Notes under the pieces: model-generated | Database searches by the model: none | What the model was told of the DNA's origin: nothing | What the model saw: the letters and a program-made list of their open reading frames with translations, nothing else | Made by a program: the position numbers and the translations under genes | Assembly: GCA_964640155.1 (NCBI GenBank) | Contig: CAZXEQ010000003.1 | Span: forward strand, 1-32,000 | DNA length: 32,000 nucleotides | Source of the DNA: an uncultured bacterium | GTDB taxonomy: Bacteria > Auribacterota > JACPWU01 | Direction: 5' to 3' | In this document: one piece after another, positions 8,488 through 16,147 of the stretch | How the letters are laid out: each line of letters opens with the position of its first letter | Position numbering within the stretch: the first letter of the stretch is position 1

Positions 8488-11346
8488 ATGCGTTTTTTAA
8501 GACATTTCACGTGGGCATTGTTTTTACTCATTTCTATGCAAGGAATACTTTTTTCTGGAACAGCTTCTGATTCTAAAGTTCTTGTTGTGAATACTTTTGA
8601 TATGGGGCTTAATTTTAATAATTTAGGAGGACGTCAAGGAGGGGATCAAGAAGCTCCAGGGCTTTTGTTTCCTGGCATTCATTATATCTCTTCAGAAATG
8701 GGAGGAGGGCCTACAGGAGAATACCTAAAACTTGTCTATGACGTTCGAGCTGCCGGTAGTTTTTCTTTTTATTGGATGAAGGTGGGTCAACCTCTTGGAA
8801 CAGGTTTGGGAGAAAGCCTTCCTTTAAATCTATCTTCTTATGATTATCTTGGATTTTGGGTGAGAGGAGAGCAGGGACAAGAACGTTTTAAAATAGAAAT
8901 ACATCAAGATACGGACGACGATGGGCAATATACATCAGGGAAAGATATTTCAAGCTCGGTTTATATTGATCATTATTTAAAAAGTGGAATTCAGAAAAAG
9001 TGGGGCAAAGCCTATGTTCCTCTTAAAGAATTTCAAGTCATTACAGACTGGTCAAAAATTTTAGAAATTGTAATTACATTTGAAAATTCTGCCAACCTTC
9101 AAAAAGTAAGTTCTGTAGATTTAGATGATATTGTTTTTGGAAGGATTTCGGATGTTTCCGCTGAGGTAAAGGAAAATTTAAATTTAAAAAGAGAGTCTCT
9201 TTTTTTAGGAGAATCAAAAATAGAAGACGGAACTGTTTTAGATCGCTCCAAAACTTTTTCTCTTGTCTTAGGGGATGAGTTGAGAAATATAGAATCTGTT
9301 TGGTTGATGACCTCATCGGATGGACTTTTGTGGAAAGTGGTTGGGAAATCTTTTGTAAATGGAGAAAAAATAATCAATATTCCCTGGCAGAGCACATTTT
9401 TTAATGCCGAAGAAAGGTTTATGTTGGATGTATGGGTCTTTAACCCTTTGGGTGAAAAGAAGACTCTAGAAAAGCCTTTTCAAGGTCTTAAATTGCAGGC
9501 TTTAAATGATGACTCTTTTCTTGATGAAATAGAGAGACGAGCTTTTCAGTATTTTTGGCAAGAATGGAGTCCCAGAACAGGATTGTTTTCAGATGCAACA
9601 ACCAATGACTGTGCCAGTATTGCAGCCACTGGATTTGGATTGTCTGCTTATTGTGCTGCAGTTGAAAGAGGTTGGGTTGGCAAGGAAGAAGTACAAAAGC
9701 GTGTTTTAAAAACAATCGACACATTTTTAAATAAAGCTCAGAAGCGTTCAGGTTTTTTTTATCATTTCTTGAAAATGGAAGATGCAAGCCGATTTGGGAA
9801 TAGTGAGGTTTCAGTGGTTGATACAGCTATTCTTTTATGGGGGATGTTAACAGCTTCGGAGTATCTGGGTGGAGAAATTAAAACAAAAGTAGATCAGATT
9901 TATTCTGAAATTATTTGGAGTGATTTTTTAGTTCAAGAGAAAGATGACCTTCATTTTAATCAGTTTAGAATGGGGTGGAATCCAGAAGGAGGAGCTGAAG
10001 GAACATTTTTAGATGCATATTGGGATTATTATTCAGATGAAGCTATACTCATTACTTTACTTGCTGTTGCTTCTCCAACACATCCTGTTTCTGCAGATGT
10101 TTTTTATGCTTGGAAACGTGAAACTGCAAATTATGCGTCCGGTCGCCCTTTTATTCAATCTTGGCATGGGTCTCTTTTTGCTTATCAATACGCACATGCT
10201 TGGCTTGATTTTAAGGGTTTAAAAGATAAAAAGGGAATTAACTGGTGGTTGAACACAGTAGATGCCACAGTTGCAAACCGACAGTTTTGTATTGATGAAA
10301 TGGAAAAATTCAAAGGTTATGGCCCGCAAAGTTGGGGTGTTACCTCCATGGCTTATCCGAATGTATTAGAAGTTGAGGGGGTGGCTCATATAACAGAAGA
10401 TTATACGATGAGTTATGGAACTTTTCCTTGCGGTACAAATTTTGCTCTTCACGATGGTACGATTGCTGCGTCAGGTCCTGCCGGATCTTTCCCATTTTTG
10501 CCAGAAGTCATTTTACCCACTTTAAAGAAAATGGTTTCTCAGGTGCCTCAAAGTTGGGGAGAATTTGGTTTTAGATCTTCTTACAATCTTGATATGAATT
10601 GGTTTTCTACCAATTATTATGGGATTGATTTGGGTCCCACATTGATGGCAATAGAAAATTATCGTACGGGGTTTTTCTGGAATTTGATGAAGAAAAACGT
10701 TTATGTAAAAGAAGTTCTACAAAAGTGTGAATTTCAAGAGGATTCAACGATTTATGAATCTCCTAAGATTGAAGATAAGCCTACACCTAAAGAATTAAGC
10801 GTAGATCATTCTACCCATAACATTCAGAATCTCATTGTGGAAGATTTTGATGATATGGAGCATGTCAAAAAAGCCCTCGGCGTGAATTTTTCTTCTTGGA
10901 GTAAAGATCCTACAGACGAAACACAAAAAGCCTCTGCCCAGATTGATACGACTGAAAATTCTCATTCGAACGGTGCTTCCTTAAAAATTGATTATGATGT
11001 GGATTCACCACGACCTGCATTTAATGGATTTTGGTTAAAACTTAATAATATTAAAGTTTCTGCTTATTCTACTTTTGAGTTTTTAATTAAGGGTTCCCAG
11101 AAAGGTTTCCCTAATAGATTTAAAATAGAGCTTAAAGGGGACGGGAAAGTGGGTACAACCTATGTGAGCGGTATAGGCTCAGAGTGGAAAAGAATAAGTA
11201 TTCCTCTCTATGAATTTCATGGTTTATCAAATTGTAAAAAGTTTACAGAATTTACAATTGTTTTTGAAGATCATACCGTAGGACAGAAGGTAGGGACTGT
11301 TTATATTGATGATATTCAGTTTTCAGCTGGGGGAGTTCAAAAGTAA
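8488..11346 (+). CDS. Secreted CBM-like / PF10091 (putative glucoamylase, GH144-like) / CBM-like three-part protein
   Basis: Starts 3 nt after the previous stop, with RBS gaggag. Signal-like N-terminus. The central region has CASIAATGFGL, GFFYHFL, SVVDTAILL, SWHGSLFAYQY and GIDLGPTLMAIENYRTG. The C-terminal 174 aa (nt 10822-11343) are a second copy of the shared module (DYDVDSPRPAFNGFWLKL...GTVYIDDIQFS). Confidence 0.8.
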   Translation: MRFLRHFTWALFLLISMQGILFSGTASDSKVLVVNTFDMGLNFNNLGGRQGGDQEAPGLLFPGIHYISSEMGGGPTGEYLKLVYDVRAAGSFSFYWMKVGQPLGTGLGESLPLNLSSYDYLGFWVRGEQGQERFKIEIHQDTDDDGQYTSGKDISSSVYIDHYLKSGIQKKWGKAYVPLKEFQVITDWSKILEIVITFENSANLQKVSSVDLDDIVFGRISDVSAEVKENLNLKRESLFLGESKIEDGTVLDRSKTFSLVLGDELRNIESVWLMTSSDGLLWKVVGKSFVNGEKIINIPWQSTFFNAEERFMLDVWVFNPLGEKKTLEKPFQGLKLQALNDDSFLDEIERRAFQYFWQEWSPRTGLFSDATTNDCASIAATGFGLSAYCAAVERGWVGKEEVQKRVLKTIDTFLNKAQKRSGFFYHFLKMEDASRFGNSEVSVVDTAILLWGMLTASEYLGGEIKTKVDQIYSEIIWSDFLVQEKDDLHFNQFRMGWNPEGGAEGTFLDAYWDYYSDEAILITLLAVASPTHPVSADVFYAWKRETANYASGRPFIQSWHGSLFAYQYAHAWLDFKGLKDKKGINWWLNTVDATVANRQFCIDEMEKFKGYGPQSWGVTSMAYPNVLEVEGVAHITEDYTMSYGTFPCGTNFALHDGTIAASGPAGSFPFLPEVILPTLKKMVSQVPQSWGEFGFRSSYNLDMNWFSTNYYGIDLGPTLMAIENYRTGFFWNLMKKNVYVKEVLQKCEFQEDSTIYESPKIEDKPTPKELSVDHSTHNIQNLIVEDFDDMEHVKKALGVNFSSWSKDPTDETQKASAQIDTTENSHSNGASLKIDYDVDSPRPAFNGFWLKLNNIKVSAYSTFEFLIKGSQKGFPNRFKIELKGDGKVGTTYVSGIGSEWKRISIPLYEFHGLSNCKKFTEFTIVFEDHTVGQKVGTVYIDDIQFSAGGVQK

Positions 11347-11362
11347 ATTTTATTCAAAAATG

Positions 11363-13324
11363 TTATTTCCCTTTTTCTTCTGATTCAGGGTCAATCGTTT
11401 GAAACCCTGCCTTTGTCAAGGCTGTTTGAACGTTCTTATTTTGCATCATCATTTTCCAAACAAGTCCCGTTCGATAATTTTCAATCATGAGCAACATCAC
11501 CCCTTGATCAATTCCAATATGATCATGAGAAAACCAATTCATTTCTGGGTTAAAAGCACTTACAGGTCCATAGGTGCCCCAAATTTTTTCTCCATAAGTG
11601 AGCATCAAATTTTTAAAACTCTTAATGACAAGTTTGGGTGTGAAAGGTAAAGATGAAATGAGGGCATAAGGGGCTAATGTTCCATCATGTTGATTTTCCA
11701 TCGCTCCATAGGCGCGATAGCCTTTAGGGCCATCTGAAGCAGAAAGACCCCAACCCAAAGGACCATATCCTTTAAAATCAGACGCATGACGTATGCAGAA
11801 CTCTCGATTGGCAAGAATACACTTTTTAGAATTTTCCCAGTAATTTGTATGCGTGTCGTGTTTATTTCTAAAATCGATAAATGCTTGAGAGTAAAGCTGT
11901 GTAAACAGTGAGCGTTGAGGATCACTGATAAACTCAAAAGAACCTTCAACATATTTTTCTCTACGCCATTCATTCCAGGCGCTTGAGGCAACGGGATGAG
12001 TTGGAGAGCCTATGGCTAAAAGGTATAAAATCATTTGTTCTGCAGCCATATTCCAGACCAGTGATTTATCAAACCCTTGTTCTGGCTTCCAGGACATGTA
12101 CAAAAGCCCTTTTTCATTCGCACTCATCCAGTTCCACTCTACATTTTCATAAAGTTGATAAGCAAGGTGGCTGATATCAGAGTTTGGAAAATATTGGGCA
12201 ACAAAAAGAACTCCCGCCATCAGAAGTGCTGTATCAATGGATGAAACTTCACTATCCGCCCAGCGTTTTCCAGTTCTGGCATCTAAAAAGTGATAGAAAT
12301 AGCCATGTTCCTGATCTGCCTTTTGAAGTGTTTTTAATATGTCAGATACTTTTTTTTGCACTTCTACACGACTTAACCAACCACGTTTTTCTGCTATACA
12401 ATAGGCGATTAGGCCAAAGCCTGTTGCTGCAATGCTAGAGGGGCTACCTGGGGTGTTGCGATCTTTAATTAAACCCGTTTGGGAAGAGTATTGCTCAATA
12501 AAGTACTGAAAGATTTTATTTTGAAGGAAATCCAGAAGCAAATCGTTATTTCCTTCTAATAAATGAAGTAATTGATTATACGTTTCAACTTTAGCTTTGC
12601 GTTGTATTTGGTCATATTGTTTTTGAGATCCAATGAGTGCGAAATGGTCAAAATAGAGAGAGCCCACCTTAGCGTCAGCGATCTGGCTTTCAAAAACAAT
12701 GGTTAATTCCTCAACAGGAGAGATATTATTAGAATTAGAAAAATTTTTTAAAGGGATTGAAATTTCTTGCCAGCTGTCTCTAACCCCGATGACATAATAA
12801 ACTCTATTTCCGTGAGCTGTTTTTAACTCAATCTTAAAACGACGTGTAAAACCTGTTGTTGCGTCACCTCGAACACGAAAGTAAAGAAATTCAAAGGGTT
12901 TTAAGTCAATACCATTGAGTCTTGTCCAATAGCCATTATATGCAACCTGTTTGGATTCTACATCATAGGTGAGCCTTAATACTTTATTTTTATCTTTTTC
13001 TGAATGAGAATCATAAACAATTGCTTCAACACATGTTTCTTGGGGATCTAAAGGATCTTTCTCCCAAGCTCCAGAATTCCCACCTAAGTGATTCAAAATT
13101 GAGTTTTCGTCAAAGTTATCAATAAGAAAGATTAATTTATCATCCTTAACATTTGTAGTAGGAGAAAGAGAAGTAGCTGCTTGAGGTAGCCTTGGAATTG
13201 AAGGCTTCTTGATAGGGGCTTGACTTGAATCAACCTGAACTTCCAAATCTGCTCTTATTTGTACGCTAATAGGATTCAATAAGTAACAGACTAAAAATAT
13301 AACTGAAGCATAAATAGTTTTCAT
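11363..13324 (-). CDS. Secreted CBM-like module + PF10091/GH144-like glucanase-like protein
   Basis: Signal-like N-terminus MKTIYASVIFLVCYLL. Aa ~62-232 carry the shared module (TYDVESKQVAYNGYWTRL...GSLYFDHFAL). The catalytic-like part has PSSIAATGFGL, GYFYHFLDARTG, SSIDTALLMAG and GIDQGVMLLMIENYRTG. RBS aaggag upstream. Confidence 0.8.
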   Translation of the reverse strand: MKTIYASVIFLVCYLLNPISVQIRADLEVQVDSSQAPIKKPSIPRLPQAATSLSPTTNVKDDKLIFLIDNFDENSILNHLGGNSGAWEKDPLDPQETCVEAIVYDSHSEKDKNKVLRLTYDVESKQVAYNGYWTRLNGIDLKPFEFLYFRVRGDATTGFTRRFKIELKTAHGNRVYYVIGVRDSWQEISIPLKNFSNSNNISPVEELTIVFESQIADAKVGSLYFDHFALIGSQKQYDQIQRKAKVETYNQLLHLLEGNNDLLLDFLQNKIFQYFIEQYSSQTGLIKDRNTPGSPSSIAATGFGLIAYCIAEKRGWLSRVEVQKKVSDILKTLQKADQEHGYFYHFLDARTGKRWADSEVSSIDTALLMAGVLFVAQYFPNSDISHLAYQLYENVEWNWMSANEKGLLYMSWKPEQGFDKSLVWNMAAEQMILYLLAIGSPTHPVASSAWNEWRREKYVEGSFEFISDPQRSLFTQLYSQAFIDFRNKHDTHTNYWENSKKCILANREFCIRHASDFKGYGPLGWGLSASDGPKGYRAYGAMENQHDGTLAPYALISSLPFTPKLVIKSFKNLMLTYGEKIWGTYGPVSAFNPEMNWFSHDHIGIDQGVMLLMIENYRTGLVWKMMMQNKNVQTALTKAGFQTIDPESEEKGK

Positions 13325-13365
13325 GGGTGAAAAGCTCCTTTCTTAGGAAGCTTCCTCGTTCACCC
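13325..13365 (-). promoter_or_regulatory. 5'-UTR hairpin that pairs the SD and abuts the start codon of the 11363..13324 gene
   Basis: Minus-strand RNA reads gggtgaa-cgaggaagcttcctaagaaaggagctt-ttcaccc-AUG. The outer 7-bp stem is gggtgaa/ttcaccc. In the inner stem, aagcttcc pairs with ggagctt, which contains the SD. Confidence 0.3.
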
Positions 13366-13772
13366 AGTATCTTATTGCTAAAAATAATCATAAAAGTGCA
13401 TTTATGAACATTTTAATAAAAAATGGTTACTTGTTTAGGAAGGAATCATTTCTTATTTTGCCTACTTACCGAAGTCCCATGGATTTGCATCTGTGGAATA
13501 CCTCTGTAGCGGGATCATAAATTTTATTCTAGATCATCTTAAAGAGCAGCAAGATATAGAATATATTGTGCACAAAATTAAGATATTTGTCAATATTCTT
13601 TTAAAGTTAAAGGGTTAAAGGTAAAATAAAACAAATCTTTAAAAATACTTAAATAAAAAGTTTTATATCTCTATATTTCGTACATTTTTTAAATTATTTA
13701 TTTTTTGAACAAGTTTGTTGTTTTTTTTTATTTTTATTTTAAATAAATATATTTCTTTAAAAGGAGATAAAA

Positions 13773-15728
13773 ATGAAAAAAGTAGTTATTTTTTTTGTTT
13801 TAGGATTTTTTTGTAGTTTTTCAGGTATTTTTTCCTCTCAGGCTTCAGTTTTATCTCAAGAAGATCAAGTTTATCTAAAAAAAATCATGCAAGAAACTTG
13901 GGCATGTATTTCTGATCTTGTAGATGAGAAAAGTGGTATCCCTTTTGATAGTAGTGCAAAGCCAAATTACACCTCTATGAGTAATATTGGATTTTATCTG
14001 GCAAGTATTTTTGGAGCACAAGAAGCAGGATTGATTAATCAGAAGGAAGCAGAGGTTCAAATTAAAAAAGTTTTAGATTTTTTAGATCGTCTTGAAAAAT
14101 GGCGTGGTTTTCCCCCAAGTTGGTTGCAAGTTTATCAACCTATCAGTTTAGAAAAGATTATTTCTCCTGTGGATTCTGCAAATTTAGTAGCAGGCCTTCT
14201 CGTTATTCGACAAGGTTATCCTATTTTTAAGGATCAAATTACAAAACTAATCAATGCCATGGATTGGAAGGCTTTCTATGACAATAAGGCTAATTCTCTA
14301 AAAGGTGGATATAATCTTAGGAAAAAGAGAGAGCTCTCATTTCAATATAAAGATTTAGGAACTGAGCTTAGAATGGCATTTTTTCTGACAATTGCGACAA
14401 AAGCAGCTCCTTTAAAATTATGGACTGAATTGGACAAAATTCTTGAAGAACGTTATGACATTCAATATTTAGGGCCTGGCTGGAAAAATGGGGGACTTTT
14501 CCTTCAAGGAATGACAGGGTTATTTTTGGATGAAAGAGGAACCATGATGGGTAAATCTTTTGTGAATATGGCCTATGCTCAAATTTTACATGCAAAGCAA
14601 AAAAAATATCCTTTTTGGGGTTGGTCCGCTTGTTCTACTCCAGATGGAGGTTATTTAGGTGCTGGGAAGGTTATGGATCAAGTCGTAACTCCACATGCGT
14701 CAGTCTTGGCTATTTCCTATTACCCTCAACAAGTTGTTAAAAATCTCAAACAATTAGATCTCTATAAAATACGTAAGCCTTTTTATTCCAATCATGGACC
14801 TAAAAATTATGGATTTCGTGATGCCATTGATTTGAAATCAAAAAAAGTGACGGAACGTTATTTAATGATTGATCAGACCATGATTTTTTTGAGTTTAGTC
14901 AATTTTTTACACGAAGGAGTGATTTATAAGACATTTTCAAGAGATCCTATTGTGAAACAAGGTTTGGATCTTATTTCCGACTATAAAAACTCTTTTTTGC
15001 GTGAAGTCGAAGAAATTTGTCAAAAGAGAGACAAAGGATTAGAAGAAAAAATTCCTTTGGAGTTAGATTTATCAAATCCTATCATTAAACCTTTTGTAGA
15101 GTCTGTATATGTTGAAACAGTTGCAAAGCATGTAAAGCAGAAAGTAATGATCGATGGACATTTGTCCGAATGGTCTGAGGCAAAAGCAGAGACTTTTCCA
15201 TTAAGTAGAACTTTAGAATCAGGACTTGTTCAAAACACTCAAGATTTAGATGCAAAAGCCTATTTCTTATGGGATGAAAAATATCTTTTTTTTGCCATTG
15301 AGGTTATGGATGATGAAATAATAAATGATGAAGAGGCGAAGAATCTTTTTAAAGGAGATTGTATTGAGCTTTTTATTGATCCAGATAATGATGTTTTAAA
15401 ATGGGGAAGTCTACAAGATTTTCAAATAGGTTTTTCGGCTCCTACAAAAAATCAAACTGCTAAGATTTGGGCATGGTTTCAATCACGAGCTCCTAAGTCA
15501 AACGAAATTCAATTTGGTGTAAGTTCGTTTGATGAAGCACGGAGAAAGGGTTATCGTGTTGAAGCTGCTATTGCTTGGAAGTTCTTGAAAGTTGAACCTA
15601 AGGCAGGCCGGATTTTAGGCATTTCTCCAGCGGTGCATGATATAGATTTAGATCAATCAGCCGAGACAAAACTAAATTGGTGCTATTTATCTGAAGGGAA
15701 GTTAGGTGGATTGAAACTAGAACAGTAA
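13773..15728 (+). CDS. Secreted DUF3131-type glucanase-like protein with C-terminal CBM9-like domain
   Basis: RBS aaggag lies 7 nt upstream. Signal peptide MKKVVIFFVLGFFCSFSGIFSSQA. Motifs YTSMSNIGFYLAS, GWSACSTPDGGY, YGFRDAIDL and LMIDQTMIFLSLVNFL are paralogous to 6469..8484. The C-terminal ~190 aa (IDGHLSEWSEA...YFLWDEKYLFFAIEVMDDE...GDCIELFIDPDND...GYRVEAAIAW) resemble CBM9. Confidence 0.8.
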   Translation: MKKVVIFFVLGFFCSFSGIFSSQASVLSQEDQVYLKKIMQETWACISDLVDEKSGIPFDSSAKPNYTSMSNIGFYLASIFGAQEAGLINQKEAEVQIKKVLDFLDRLEKWRGFPPSWLQVYQPISLEKIISPVDSANLVAGLLVIRQGYPIFKDQITKLINAMDWKAFYDNKANSLKGGYNLRKKRELSFQYKDLGTELRMAFFLTIATKAAPLKLWTELDKILEERYDIQYLGPGWKNGGLFLQGMTGLFLDERGTMMGKSFVNMAYAQILHAKQKKYPFWGWSACSTPDGGYLGAGKVMDQVVTPHASVLAISYYPQQVVKNLKQLDLYKIRKPFYSNHGPKNYGFRDAIDLKSKKVTERYLMIDQTMIFLSLVNFLHEGVIYKTFSRDPIVKQGLDLISDYKNSFLREVEEICQKRDKGLEEKIPLELDLSNPIIKPFVESVYVETVAKHVKQKVMIDGHLSEWSEAKAETFPLSRTLESGLVQNTQDLDAKAYFLWDEKYLFFAIEVMDDEIINDEEAKNLFKGDCIELFIDPDNDVLKWGSLQDFQIGFSAPTKNQTAKIWAWFQSRAPKSNEIQFGVSSFDEARRKGYRVEAAIAWKFLKVEPKAGRILGISPAVHDIDLDQSAETKLNWCYLSEGKLGGLKLEQ

Positions 15729-15756
15729 TAAGACATCAGTGGTAGGTCGTAAGTAA

Positions 15757-16108
15757 TCAATCGATATGGAGCAGTTTTTTATGAAACGCGCAAAGCATTT
15801 TACCAATCTCATCACATTGATTCATTAGAGATTCAAAGGCATTTTTTGACAAGTAATTTAAATCATAAGCAAGTAAAATATGATACTTTGTCTCTTCCAA
15901 GGATCCTTCTGAAATATTAATAAAATGTGCATAGTCTTTCTTGCTTCTTCCTTTAAACCCTTCGGCAATATTTGTTGGGATAGAAGCAGAGGATCTTCTT
16001 AATTGATTTATAAGCCCATATTTCTCATCTTCTGGAAAGAGCTTTGTGGTTTTGAACGAGTTGATGAGATTTTTGCCAGACTATTAAATCTCTAAACGTT
16101 TTTATCAT
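15757..16108 (-). pseudogene. Frameshifted four-helix-bundle protein gene (23S rRNA intervening-sequence protein / Avd-like family)
   Basis: On the minus strand, ATG at 16108 gives MIKTFRDLIVWQKSHQLVQNHKALSRR*, with the stop at 16025-16027. A second frame continues KTTKLFPEDEKYGLINQLRRSSASIPTNIAEGFKGRSKKDYAHFINISEGSLEETKYHILLAYDLNYL...HID*, with the stop at 15757-15759. The span is 352 nt, which is not a multiple of 3. The break lies near the a/t run at about 16045-16060. Confidence 0.55.
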
Positions 16109-16147
16109 CGTCTTCTTACGACTTAACACTTATGACTTATAACTAGA

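Noticed and set aside
13404-13520. 38-aa ORF (MNILIKNGYLFRKESFLILPTYRSPMDLHLWNTSVAGS) in the long divergent intergenic region.
   Set aside because: It has no SD-like sequence upstream and no recognisable peptide features. An ORF of this length is expected by chance.
15400-16147. Diversity-generating retroelement: the four-helix-bundle gene belongs to the same family as DGR Avd accessory proteins and lies next to the 3' end of a gene.
   Set aside because: The window has no reverse transcriptase gene. I could find no template/variable repeat pair. The neighbouring gene ends in a CBM9-like rather than C-type-lectin-like fold. The Avd-like gene itself is frameshifted.
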